Shown here piece after piece: positions 12,478 to 24,754 of a stretch of 64,000 nucleotides of DNA. Made by a program: the position numbers and the translations under genes. The notes beneath the pieces are model-generated. The model saw nothing but the letters and a program-made list of their open reading frames with translations. It was not told where the DNA came from and made no database searches. The stretch's first letter is position 1. Each line of letters begins with the position of its first letter. The stretch comes from Macrostomum lignano. Taxonomy: Eukaryota. The stretch spans positions 62,001 to 126,000 of the forward strand of contig NIVC01002068.1 of the NCBI GenBank assembly GCA_002269645.1, in the 5' to 3' direction.

Positions 12478-15400
12478 TCAACGCAGCAGAGTGTTGACAA
12501 CGGCGCTAGCGCTCAGAGCCTTCAGATCCGTGTAGGTCTGTCCGGTGCCCACAAACACGATAGGCTGTCCGGTGATGTACGTCATGCTAATAGCCGCACC
12601 AACCTGATCATCAACTGTGTCGAATTTTGTCAGCACAATGCCGTCAATGGTGTGCGGCTGTTCAGACTGGCTCATGTCAGCCAGGGACTGGTTGAACTTC
12701 ACCAGCTGGTCGACGGCTTCGTTGCCAACGAGAGCTTCGCCGACAAAGAGCACCAGGTCCGGCTCGTTAACGCTGACCAGCTTAGCCAAGGCGCGCATCA
12801 GCGGCTCATTGTCCTGCATCCGGCCGGCCGTGTCAATCAAGCACACGTTGAATCGTTTAGTAGACGCGTACCTGAGCGCTTCCATGGCAACCCCGGCCGG
12901 ATCTTTGCCGTAGCCTTTCTCGTATAGTTCCACGTAGCTGGACCCGTCCGACTCTGGCGAGTAGTATCATGCGGATGTTTATGAAGTTTTGAAATGTATG
13001 AATACTTAGATTATTAAGTACTGCTTTCAAGTTTATGAAGCTATGAGTTTATCAAGATTTGAGTTAGTTTATGAAGCTTTGAGTTTATCAAGATTTGAGT
13101 GAGTTTATGAAGCTTTGAGTTTATCAAGATTTGAGTGAGCTTATGAAGCTTTGAGTTTATCAAGATTTGAGTGAGTTTATGAAGCTTTGAGTTTATCAAG
13201 ATTTGAGTGAGTTTATGAAGCTTTGAGTTTATCAAGATTTGAGTGAGCTTATGAAGCTTTGAGTTTATCAAGACCTGAGTGAGCTTATGAAGCTTTGAGT
13301 TTATCAAGATTTGAGTGAGTTTATGAAGTTTTGAGTTTATTAAGATTTGAGTACATCAAGCTTAGGGTTTATGAAGCTTAATTTGAGTTTATCAAGATTT
13401 GAGTTTACCAAGATTTGGGTTTATGAAGCATTGTTTGTCAAGAAGGTTTTTCAAGCATTGCCTTCGAGTTTATGAAGTTTTGTGTTTAGGGGGGTTTGAG
13501 TTTCATAATTTTCAACTTTTTGAAGCCTCGAGCTTTCGAATTTTCGGGATTGTGAAATGCCAAATACAGAATTAAAAAACGCAGACCAGTACTGCTTCTC
13601 GAATCGTTTTTTATCGAAACTCTAATGCTGTCAACCGAACTTATTTGGCTGACAAATGTAAGCAACCCCCTGTGCCGATAAGAAAGAATCCAAACGTTAT
13701 TGAATTAATAATCAGACTTACTAATCAACTATGGTGCCGTAATGTAATGTACTCGTAATGTCTAACTACCTAAATACCTACTACACAACTACATACCTGC
13801 CTACACAACTACATACGTGCCTACACAACTACATACCTACCTACACAACTACATACCTGCCTACACAACTACATACCTACCTACACAACTACATACCTAC
13901 CTACACAACTACATACCTACCTACACAACTACCTACCTACCTACACAACTACATACCTACCTACACAACTACATACCTACCTACACAACTACATACCTAC
14001 CTACACAATTACATACCTACCTACACAATTACATACCTACCTATACAACTACATACCTACCTACACAACTACATACCTACCTACACAACTACATACCTAC
14101 CTACACAATTACATACCTACCTACACAACTACATACCTACCTACACAACTACATACCTACCTACACAATTACATACCTACCTACACAATTACATACCTAC
14201 CTATACAACTACATACCTACCTGCCTGCCTACACAGCTACACAGCTACCTGTAGACACATCTACCTGTTACATCTATATAACAACGTACACACCTAAACA
14301 CCTATTTACCTAACTACCCTTCTGTATTATTTGAGCTAAACTCATCAGTGATAACCTAATTCCTGAATCTCAGTGCTAGTAGAATCAGTGTGACATGTCT
14401 TTCAGTGTGCAACCTTTTTGTCATTTTTGACTAGTACATACAAACACGTCAATACTCTTGATAATAATTTATCACACCGTCCTTACCAGGCGGATACGCG
14501 GCAGCCAGACGCCGCACGTGAGTTCGCAGCTGTTCAACAGCGCCAGACCGGAACGTGTCGCAGGCGGCGATCAGCACGCGGCAGCCATTGGCGATGAGCC
14601 AGAAGGCGATCTTAGCCAAATTAGTACTCTTGCCCACACCATTGACGCCGCACATCACTATGCTGTAGGGCCGGCCGCGCGCCTTGGCGTCCAAAGCGTC
14701 GCGCAGGATGTCAACCCGACGGCGAGGACTCAGAATCTGCAGGCAGGCGTCCGTCATCGCCGAGCGGACGGTGGAGGCCACGGTGGAGAAGGCGCCAACT
14801 GTGCGGCCCTCCAGCCTGGCGGCCACCGAGTCGCAAAGCTTGCCGGCAATCTCAGCGGCAACATTCTTAGCCACCAGATGGTCGCGCATCTTGTCTAGCA
14901 CCGGCGCCAGATCCTCCCGGTTCAAAGTCTTCGAGCCAACCAGACCGCGGAACATGCCGAATAGGCCGCCGCCGCCGCTTTTGCCACCAGCCGCAGGCGC
15001 GGCGTTGCCAGCGTCAGCAGCCCCGTCGCTGTCGCTGTCATCGTCACCGGCGTCGGCCGAATCGACTGGCTGGACGCTGAGTTCCTTCAGGTCGCCAATC
15101 ATGTCGCGTTTCTGCTTTATCAGCGCCGGATCAGCGGCGGCCACAGCGGCAGCTTCGCCGGCGTCGCTGGCGCCATTCGGGCCTGTCGGCTTATCGTCGC
15201 TGCGGTCCAGCGCCTCCATCTCGGCTCTGGACAGCTTGCTGCCCGCCCAGACAGTCTTCTGCTTCACCCGCTTGCCTGACCCGGTCTCCGAGCCCGTGCT
15301 CGGAACAGCTGTGGGCGACGGCTGCTTGCTGGCTTTGCCACCGAGCTTCTTAGCGGCCAGCCGCTCCAGATTGCGCAGCCGGGTCTCCTCATCCAGCTGG

Positions 15401-16032
15401 CCGTTGCTCCCGGCCGCTGCTGGTGGCGCCTCCGTCGGCTTCTTTGACTCGGCAGCTGGCGCCGCCGGCTTGGCCTTGGCCGGAGCCTTGGCGCTGGCGC
15501 CATTTTTAGCGGACTTGGCGCCGGGCGCCGATTTGGTAGCAGAGGAGGCGGCGGCGGGCTGCTCAGCTCCGACAATCATTGAGCTGACAGTTTTCTTGGA
15601 CTTCTCGGATTCAACGTAGGTGCGCATCTCCTTGGGCCGCTTGGCGTTGGCCCGGGCGGCGGACTCGCTGGCCTGCAGCACCCGGGCGTAGACGGACTGG
15701 AAGTCGTCAAATCCGGCAGCGAACTGGCCGCTGGTCAGCTCGTTTTTGTACTTGTCGCGGAATTCCCGATGAATGTCGTCAAGGAACTTGTCAACATAGT
15801 TGAGCTGCAGCACCTTCTGGTAGCAGACAACGAACACCAGCTCGTATTCGTTGTCTAGCCGGTGCCGCAGCGCCAGAGACTCGTGACAGAACGCATCACC
15901 GCCGCCGCCTCGTTCCTGTAGAAGCACGGAGCGAATCAGCGCATTCACAGAGCTGGTGAACAGAGTGCTGGTAGATGGGAAGCACCAGAGCACCAGGCCG
16001 CCCCGGCTGAATATGGTGAAGAAGTCTAGCAT
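12478..16032 (-). CDS. SRPRA: Signal recognition particle receptor subunit alpha (two exons, 16032-14487 and 12953-12478; 673 aa)
   Basis: N-terminal SRX/longin domain ([16 protein letters not shown]) and NG GTPase motifs [47 protein letters not shown] phase-1 GT-AG intron (GTAAGG...CGCCAG) restores [21 protein letters not shown]. Confidence 0.97.
13030..13420. repeat. 36-bp minisatellite in the SRPRA intron
   Basis: Unit TTTGAGTTTATCAAGATTTGAGTGAG(T/C)TTATGAAGC, degenerating toward both ends. Confidence 0.95.
13775..14230. repeat. 20-bp minisatellite in the SRPRA intron
   Basis: Unit CTACACAA(C/T)TACATACCTAC. Confidence 0.96.
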
Positions 16033-16230
16033 GATTGGATAGTGGCGGTGCTGACTGATCTATGCTGGCTGGTTGATGCTAATTGGGTGGGCGCGAGAGG
16101 CGCTGCGTTCTGGAAGATTTTATTCAATCCAATGTTTATTTAGAGTTCAGTAAAATAAATAATCATAGTATTTTTATATATTGCATAATTTCCTAAAGCA
16201 AAAATTTCTACAAGGACAACTCTTAGAAAA

Positions 16231-16529
16231 CATACATGCGCAACAGTCGGCCGAGTCGGCCGATCCGGCCGACCGATTTGGCGGCCAACCAAAGAAGTCG
16301 CAAAAATGCCCACCCGAAAAAACACCCAAGCAGTAGTACTAAGTAGCTGACGAGGCATTTTAGCTTAATAAGACAGTCATAGTTACTCCTGCCGTTTACC
16401 CAAAGTTGCGGTAATTTTGCTTTAGGGTTTTTTTACATGTAAGTCGCATTTTTAGCCAAAAACTACGTCGCATTTTTTGTTAAAACTAAGTCGCACGGCC
16501 GACCGAATTTTGGAGGTTGCGCATGTATG
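16231..16529. mobile_element. 299-bp MITE with 14-bp TIRs and 8-bp TSD (hAT- or P-superfamily type)
   Basis: TIRs CATACATGCGCAAC (16231-16244) and GTTGCGCATGTATG (16516-16529). Identical TTAGAAAA flanks at 16223-16230 and 16530-16537. Subterminal GGCCGA and GTCGCA repeats. Confidence 0.92.
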
Positions 16530-16581
16530 TTAGAAAAAGTTAAGGAGGCTGGTTTTCGTTTTTGTTTCGTTTCGTTTTTAT

Positions 16582-16887
16582 ATTCATAAAGCTTTTTGTT
16601 CAGAAAGTTAGGATTCTATGTCAATTTTTTTTTTATTTTATGTATATTTCATGTACCTAAAAGTCATAAAAATGTATGGCATGGCTCGAATCTTTGGTTT
16701 TTTTGAATCTATCATCTCTGTTATACATATTCTTACACAGTCAGCTAAGAATGATAAAATAGATTCATAAAACCAATGAGCCAAGCTGTGCCATCTTAAT
16801 GGTCTTCAGGCACAAGACATGTGCAATTGTATGTAGAAAAAAAATTAATATAGAATCCTAATTTTCAGAACAAAAGGCTTTATGAAT
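16582..16887. mobile_element. Diverged fold-back (palindromic) MITE-like element
   Basis: ATTCATAAAGCTTTTTGTTCAGAAAGTTAGGATTCTAT is mirrored by ATAGAATCCTAATTTTCAGAACAAAAGGCTTTATGAAT, and inner segments also pair imperfectly. No TSD found. Confidence 0.65.
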
Positions 16888-17050
16888 CTCAATAGAGCTA
16901 TAAGAAAGGCACATGTACATTCAGCCCTATTGCCTAACCCTTGGACTGGCTCCAGGAGAATGAGTGAGTAAGTGGCACAAACAACAGAAGAAGCAGACAA
17001 ACTTCACATGCTTACAGTTTCTGTTCTGATTGACTTATAGAGTTGAAACT

Positions 17051-18379
17051 ATGTGAGGGTTCCCCAACAGATATTCCTGACACATATTTTCTCCTTCGAA
17101 CGGATAATTCAAACAAAAAATGAATTTATGTTTCGGGATGCATTACTTACTCTGACACCGTATTCAGCTTTAAAATTTTGTAGACAAAAATTTTATGTCT
17201 TAAAGAAATAATTGGTACAAATACAAAGTGTGTCAAAACAAATTTTATCACACATTCCTTACAAAAAAATTATCATGCCAAAGAACTTATGAAGTAATGG
17301 AAGCAATGAATTTTTTGTCAGTTTCTGATGCATGTCTCAGCTTTGTAATGACACCTTAGACACATGTCTGACTTTTGTATTTCCTGGATATCTGCTTCCA
17401 AATTGTGCATTCTGTGGGTTATGTCTATATATCTCTCACTGTGTCTTTTGCTTAAGCATACTACGAGACATGCAATCAAACACATGATTGGTTTGCATAT
17501 TTTTCGAGATATTTTTTGAGCTCTTTGGTTTCAAAATGACACCTTAAGATAAGCCAGCTAGCTTTTGTGTTATTCCTGAACAATGTCTGTTTCTTGGCAA
17601 ATCTGGTGGCAAAAAGTATATTGTCGACATAAGTTTTTTGTAAAGTATTACAAGCAGTTTCTCGAAACAAATAATAATAACTCATTAAGAACAACTGTAT
17701 TCGTGTAAATGTCTTCTTGTACTATGTATAGATTATTGCAGTTACTATCGTAGTTGAGGGGAAAGAACAAATGGTTGTATGAATAAAGTGAGTAGTTGCT
17801 CAAACTCAGTAGTTGCTTGATTGGAATCCCGTCAAATCTAATTCCACATAAGCAATTGATTGCAAACTGTGTTGCGTAGACTGAGTCTTGCTGACAAGAA
17901 TAAAAAAATTGCTTCTGGCAAGCGATAGTCTGTTGGAATGCCATGTTTGATATGGAGCGATAAGTCAAAGTTTTGGTTGGTCCTGGTACGGATGATGAAT
18001 GACTCACGGAAAGCACACTTTGGAAGCAGATATCCTGGGAAATACAAAAGTCAGACATGTGTCTAAGGTGTCATTACAAAGCTGAGACATGCGTCAGAAA
18101 CTGACAAAAAATCCATTGCTTCCATTATTTCATAAGTTTTTTGGCGTGAGAATTTTTTTGTAAGGAATGTGTGATAAAATTTGTTTTGACACACTTTGTA
18201 TTTGTACCAATATTTTTTTTCTTTAAGACATAAAATTTTTGTCTAAAAAATTTAAAGCTGAATATGGCATCAGAGTAAGTAATGCATCCCGAAACATAAT
18301 TCATTTTTTGTTTGAATTATCTGTTCGAAGGAGAAAATATTTGTCGGGAATAGGCCTATCTATTGGGGAACCCTCACAT
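17051..18379. mobile_element. Non-autonomous Mutator-like (MULE) element with ~370-bp TIRs and 9-bp TSD
   Basis: Long, similar inverted arms (~17051-17420 and ~18005-18379) with ATGTGAGGG...CCCTCACAT termini. Exact GTTGAAACT duplication at 17042-17050 and 18380-18388. The superfamily is inferred from the long TIRs plus 9-bp TSD. Confidence 0.88.
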
Positions 18380-19418
18380 GTTGAAACTTTATATTTAGAC
18401 AGAGAAAGAGTCAATGAAGAATTGTGTCAAGTTTGAAGTCAATTGCTTTATGTGGAGCAAACTTATAGTAGCCAAAAGTTAGTTAATTTTGAAACCTATT
18501 TTTTCCACATCTTGCCAGACTAGGGAAACACATATACAGTTTTGATTTTTACAAGTAGAAGTTTTCTCTTATAAGTTTTGATGCTGACTTTCTAGTAGTC
18601 TAGATGTTCAATTGCAACATATACACACACATATAGACAGACAAACATTGTCACTTTTAGTATATATAGAGACTAGCAATCAATGTAATATTGTATACTC
18701 AAACCAACAGCAAAAATGGCAAATCATCTATAGTGATTATTACTGAATACAGGCCAGATGAGTATTCAACTCACCAAGTTTCAAATTGAGTACTTGAGGC
18801 CTTTTGTGAAAAACTTGACTGCCAACAGCCAAGTTGGAAAAAAGTAGTATTGGCCCTTATAGAAAAAGTTTTTAGATATGTCTAGCTCACATTTTTGTAA
18901 TTTTATTTTAGGTTAGTGCAGCATGGAGCAATGTAACAATGCAGTGCAGCAGGAGATGACAGAATATTTAAATAGATAATAAGTCATAATTGAAGACTCT
19001 AGAATTAAACATAATTTTTTATATTTATTATAACAAATTTTAATATGATTGATAGTTTGCAATGAATTAAAAAACACTTATGCTACACTACTAGGTTATA
19101 TAGCTGTTAGTTGACCTTGGTGCAGTCAGCATTACTTGGTCTCATTTAGCTCAACTTGCCAATGTATAGGGGCCTAGGCCTAGCCTAGTCATGTCTGAAC
19201 TAAACTATCCTGCAATCCTGCATTATATATTTTTTATGTGAAATAGAGTTATACACGATGGTACGATTGCTACTTAGGAAGATACATTGCAATTACTACA
19301 TGTCAATTTGATTTCCAAACAATAGGCAATAGCTGGCTGGCTAGCCCCCCATCGCCCACGCCCATCCTAGGGGGGGGGGCTACTAAAACCAAACCAAAAG
19401 ACTGACATCATAGACAAT

Positions 19419-20183
19419 CAGTAGCGCAACCAGAAATTTTTCAAGGGGGGGGCGGATTCTGAGGGTAAAGTCCCGGGAGGGGGGGGGGCGGCGGAGGGGT
19501 GGCTCTGTTTTTGGCGAAAATTCGCTTGGTCCCCCCTTTGATTTTTTTTCGGTCCCCCGCCTAAGGGGGGCCACAGCCAGGAAGACGGTAGAATCCTCGG
19601 AATTTTCCGGCGCAAATCAGCAATTTGCCGGCGCACGGCGCACACTTCACTGCGCCGCGCGCATGGGCTCGGCGCATCGGCGCATGGCTCGGTGCATCGG
19701 TGCATGGCTCGGCGCATGGCGCACAAGGTACGTCAGTGTACGTGACAATATAATAATGAATAATAAAAAAACGTATATTAAATGTCAATCAATCAATAAA
19801 ATAAACGATAGTCGATACGATAGTCGTTATTTCCAATGTTGTTTCTATTTCAAATTTCATTAATCGACTTAACAAACTTAACAAATTTGCGCCTTTCGCG
19901 GCTTTTGTTGCATCTTTTTGCTTATATTTTGCAAATAAAAGCCATGATTGAACTGCTTGAACTTCCATTGGTATTGATTCAATTTAGATACTTAATACTT
20001 GATGGTGCTTTTTCAAGTGTATTTTTCTCGGCGCATGGCGCACAAGTAATTTTTTTTTCTCGGCGCACGCGGCGCACAACAAAAATTTTGATGGATGTTA
20101 TTCCGGCGCACACGCTGCACCTTCCTGACCATGGGGGGGGGGCGCCCCCCCCCCCCCCCCCCCCCCCCCTGGTTGCGCCACTG
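19419..20183. mobile_element. 765-bp non-autonomous hAT-like element
   Basis: TIRs CAGTAGCGCAACCAG / CTGGTTGCGCCACTG. 8-bp TSD TAGACAAT at 19411-19418 and 20184-20191. Clustered subterminal GGCGCA(C/T) motifs and poly-G/poly-C runs. Confidence 0.93.
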
Positions 20184-22720
20184 TAGACAATGACTCAATG
20201 TCAATGAATAACAACTTGTTTTTATTTTTTTATTATTTTAATGATATTACTACTTAATAATTACTTTTCACAAACCATAAAATCTTGATTCCTCATGCCA
20301 ATGTCAAACTAGAGCTTAAAAAAAATTGACGAAATAAAAAGATCCGTGCCGGAATTTTTTCCTTGACTGAGATTGCAACACTCATCCTAGTAGAAGTAAT
20401 GCATGGCTATGAAAATCTCAAAAACCCTTTAAACGTAAATAAATAACTTTAAAAAGAAATGAAATAATTCTTGAAAACAGTTTCTTAATTAAAATTTGTT
20501 TTAATCGAATTCTATACTATTTTTAGAATCAGGTCCTAGTCGACGTAAATTAGCGGCTTAGAAAGGAAGAATGAATGAACCCTACTATTATGAATGTACA
20601 GTGCCTTCAAAAACTCAACATAATCAAAGCTAGCTACTTTTTGGTACAGTATTAGTTTTCTATTTCTATCTAATTATCTGCATTTTAAACTTTCCTCAGC
20701 TCCTTGCCTGCGTACTATTGAAACGCACAACGTATAGTTTAGACCATGTCGAAGTTACACATGCGCATATATGTGGGATACCTAGTAATAGCCAGCCAGC
20801 ACGCCATCGGCCCACGTGCCCCGCATATACAGTATTTTGCTTAAGCGTCATTCAGAAAGTATATGTAAGTCACATGGTACATGACATGTGCATGTGCATG
20901 AATTTAGAGTATTGAAATGTATACTTAATGTACCAATGAATAGGGAGAATGGGATGCTTATTGTTAGTTGGCAAATCTCTGGCATGGCAAACGACGGCTG
21001 ACAAAGACATGAATAGGCTGGCAAAAATTCGGCATGAACATGCATATTGGAGTTGTACTGAAGTTGCATCTGTATGATCCAGTGGCCCTGTAGCGGTACG
21101 TGCTACAAATAAAGGAAGGCTTAGTCGTCGATATCTCGTCGTATTGCAGGAACAAACGTGAGGAGATGAAAGAAGCGGGCGTAAAACTAATTGTTCAAGC
21201 TTTAGGATCGGGGCATACTTGTAAATTCGAGATTAGTTACATTTGAAAACTCGAATTGAGTTCCTGTACTGCTATAATTTATACTCGTAATGAGAGACGC
21301 TATAACAAGAATATTTTCGGGCTCGAATTTCAGAAGTTTCTGCTACAAGAAGTCTTTGCTGTAAATGCTCCTTGCGGCATAATGTTTTTGCTTATGTTGC
21401 CCCCAATACTAATCCAGTATAGATTGTACGCGTGGATTTAATGGTATAATAATGATATTCGGAAGAGGGTTGTGGGTCACACTGGCGTAACGCCTTTGGC
21501 GACATGGTCCCACAAGCATGCAGCGCTGAGGCAATTCTGCTCATTCCTGAGCTCATACCGGGCTCTTACAAGTGCGTCAATACTGTACGCAGACACACTC
21601 GAACACACGCTGACAGGGTGCACAGCGAGGGGCTCATCGACCCTAAATTGTAAAGCATGTACACTCTCTGTCTGTGCCTTGGTTGGTCCTCATGGCTGTG
21701 AAACGCACCACCACTAAGCCACACTACGTAATCAGCCTCTTTCTTTCAGTAAAGAGATATCGGGTCAAACGCTCTTCTTACCATTTTTACTTAGTAGTAA
21801 GGGAGCCGAATGACAGATTAATTACTGCGATTTGAATTGAATGTCTATAAGTACATAGTATAGAAATACATGTATCTAAAGGCAACCGCCATGGCAACCG
21901 ACCGACGCTATCTTGTTGTCGGAAATGCTAAAAAATCCTAAAGGCTCTTAAGAGGCCACCCTTACTGGAATTTTCCGGCTGCCAGCAGCTCTCCAGACAG
22001 TTGTGTGGGCGATTGTAGCGCAAGCTGATGCTGCTTGGCGTCTAGTTGTTGCCATGCCAGCAGCGGAGGACCGCACGCAGCTGCACTGATCTGTCTTGCT
22101 GTGCTGTAATTAGAAAAAAAAGTGGAAAATTGCCTTCCACCCCTATTTGGAAGTTGCGGCCGCGTGTGCAAACTCAGGCATTCCAGCCCACTGAGTCATC
22201 CCCTCCTGAGCCATGTTTAATCGATGCTCACAGAGGTATGGGCTCGCTCTCGTTTTGAACTGCTTGCTCTCAATCAATGTGAGGAGGCTGAAGTGGGCTG
22301 CGCATTGGCGGGGGAAATCTCTATTCAACCCCGCATCCTCAAATCCCTATAGGTGCTGCTTGAACCTTTTTTGGCTAATTTGATGCTCAATGCAAAGTTT
22401 GGATTGGGTGCAGCAGGGTTGCCTCGCGCCGCCCTGCCTGAGCTGACTCCCTTCTCCCTCCTCCTGCTCAGGTAGACGCTGAGTACCAAAGTATGAGAAG
22501 GAGATGAGGGGAAGGAAGGAATTGAGAGTAAAAATATGGAGAGGCGAGGCAGGGAAAATTACTTTTTAAGGCATGCCTTGTGCGCTTGCTAACAATTGAG
22601 GGGGTAAGGAAGGCTGGAGAGTGGGGAACAGCGACGGAGCTTTCACAATTACTACTGTAATGACGCGGAGCGATGGTGACTCACTAGTAGGGAGCTAGGA
22701 GGATAAAATTAGCAACTGAA

Positions 22721-22744
22721 TTCCGCCCTTCTCAGTCTATATAA
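22721..22744 (+). promoter_or_regulatory. Candidate core promoter (GC box + TATA box) of the 190-aa gene
   Basis: TTCCGCCC at 22721-22728 and TATATAA at 22738-22744, about 100 bp upstream of the ATG at 22844. Confidence 0.6.
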
Positions 22745-22843
22745 GCGAGCAGCGCGATCGAGGTAGACGCTTCAAGCTTAGGCTACGAAGCAACTTCACC
22801 AAGCACAAACGCGGCTCTATCGACACTTTGACTAGCGCACGAA

Positions 22844-23416
22844 ATGAAGAACGTGACTCTATCGGCTCTCGGCAAGAAGGCCCGCGATGGATTCTGCCGC
22901 TGCGGCAGCGGTGCCTCCTCCGGAGCTGCCTCCAGTTCCTCTGGCCGCGGCAGCTACGACGAATGCGTCAGCGGCCTTGACCAGTTAGCCGCGGCAAAGA
23001 TAGCCAGCGTCAACAAGCTCGCCCGATTGCTTGGCGAGGAGGTCAAGTCGGACGACAAGGTGCTCTTCGATCACTGCCCGGTGGGTCGCAGCCGGCGCAA
23101 CGCCTTCGCTAACATCTTCTGCGGCCTACCGAGCCGGGGCCTCCGCCGCCTTTTCGCCGTCTACGGCATCGACGAAGTTCAAACAAAAGCGCCTTACGAG
23201 TCGCTGGATCTCGACGAAGAGGCCCGTCGGGAGCGTCGGCATCGGCGGGAGCTTCAAGCCGCAGCCGATGCCAGCCGCTCAAGCCGTGGCCAGCGACAGC
23301 AGCGGAAGCACAGGGCACACAGTGCCATGGACCCCAGCAGGCGGCGTCTACTGCCCGCTTTCGCCTCGGCCGATAATCGCAAACAGGCACCAGCGACTGA
23401 CTGCGGGCGTCACTGA
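22844..23416 (+). CDS. Intronless 190-aa protein of unknown family, containing an R-S-R-R-N-A-F motif
   Basis: GC-rich ORF with an ATG in GAAATG context, an upstream TATA box and coding-like codon usage. No family recognised. Confidence 0.7.
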   Translation: MKNVTLSALGKKARDGFCRCGSGASSGAASSSSGRGSYDECVSGLDQLAAAKIASVNKLARLLGEEVKSDDKVLFDHCPVGRSRRNAFANIFCGLPSRGLRRLFAVYGIDEVQTKAPYESLDLDEEARRERRHRRELQAAADASRSSRGQRQQRKHRAHSAMDPSRRRLLPAFASADNRKQAPATDCGRH

Positions 23417-23756
23417 GTGCGACCGATCGGCCTCTGTATACATAACTACATAATACAAAACCTAAATGGACACACGCCATGATCATCAGACAGCTGGGCT
23501 GTCATTTTTCACCTTGAAAACAGACCGACACCCTAGTGGCGCCTTTTTTGCTGCCTTGCTTTAGTATCTCTGATGACTTCTCCCAAGTGTCTTGCTCATG
23601 TGTGTTTAACTGAACATGTATGCGTGTAGTATGTCCCAAAACTAACTATCTGCATCCTGCAGTCCATTAATGCAGCTGTTAGCTAAACCCTAAGAACTTC
23701 CATGCTCGAAGAACTTGTCTTCTACATTTTGTAACAGCAAATTACAGTTGATTATT

Positions 23757-23885
23757 GCTACAATTATGTGCTACATAGCACATTATGTGCTACATAGCAC
23801 ATTGTAGCACATTATGTGCTACATTATGTGCTACAATTGTGCTACAATTATGTGCTACATATGTCTATATGTAGCACATAATTCT
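23757..23885. repeat. Short direct/inverted repeat cluster (ATTATGTGCTAC / GTAGCACATAAT)
   Basis: Several copies of CACATTATGTGCTACA in both orientations, forming small hairpins. Confidence 0.75.
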
Positions 23886-24754
23886 ATATTACTACTGATC
23901 CTAATTGCATGTGAATCTGCTCAATCAAACTTTTTCCGTGTACTAAGCGTGCTACCATAAAGGCATGTACTTCCCGCATGGTGACACAAAATCAAAAAGT
24001 GACACACTGCACGAAAATTGTTGAGTCCGTGTTAAATCAAAATAAAATTTTTGCGTTGTACATTTCGCTGATCCGGTTCATTAAAAAACTTTGATATAAT
24101 GACTAAAACAGTTTACTGGCTTTAGCATGACTGAATCATGGACCACTAGGAACACTTCGTTTAGTCTAGTAGTAGTCTTTGGACTGAATCAGAATTCGGA
24201 TACCAAACACTTTGATGGCTTAATTTACGTAAATCAGCTTACATGCACAGTAAAATGTACATATTTCACGACTAATATATATACTAAAGAAGAGCCCAGC
24301 TCGGCTTGAAGTTCTGACGGGCACCCTCATACAGCTACTCAAGTAGGTCAGTCTGCCGCTCGGTTTACGGTCTCACAATGCGCAAGCATTGTCCGATGCC
24401 GTTTGCAGATCTCGCTGATGACGCACTCGAGAATAAGCTAGATGAGGATGTCGAGCAGTTGAGGCTTGCCCACTGTCGAGGCTTGATCAGCGCATCAGAG
24501 AAATTCAAAATGGGGGCATCTATAATCGCCTGGTGCCATCTGCTGAAGGTGCCGACGCCGTCAGAACGATGACTAATTGTTCCCCCATGTTAAGAAAAAA
24601 TCGATGAAATTTCATTTATTTGTTTAATTTTCTCAAGCTATTAAACGTTTTTCTTACGCTCGTACCGCTCAAAGTAAGAATTAAAGTAATAAAGAGTAAA
24701 AATGTCTGTATGCATGAGACACTTGTTTTGTACATGTTCTAGTATCCTTTGAGA

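Noticed and set aside
13041-14297. Repeat-peptide ORFs in the SRPRA intron, and similar ORFs at 10156-10741, 27135-27986, 46151-46839 and 49794-50891
   Set aside because: They are translations of minisatellites, several inside well-supported introns.
14458-15619. Antisense/shadow ORFs over GC-rich exons (also at 35120-36760, 48589-49327, 52508-52999 and 55220-56839)
   Set aside because: These are expected by-products of high GC3 coding sequence, with no independent motifs.
12478-16032. Bacterial FtsY or horizontally transferred DNA
   Set aside because: The N-terminal SRX domain, spliceosomal intron and eukaryotic neighbours indicate nuclear SRPRA.
21966-22103. Isolated 138-nt minus-strand exon-like segment (CTAATTACAG acceptor, GTAAGG donor)
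   Set aside because: No partner exons or recognisable peptide were found. It could belong to a non-coding transcript, but this is unsupported.
24378-24572. 64-aa ORF next to the LINE remnant
   Set aside because: No recognisable motif in any frame and no splice or promoter support.
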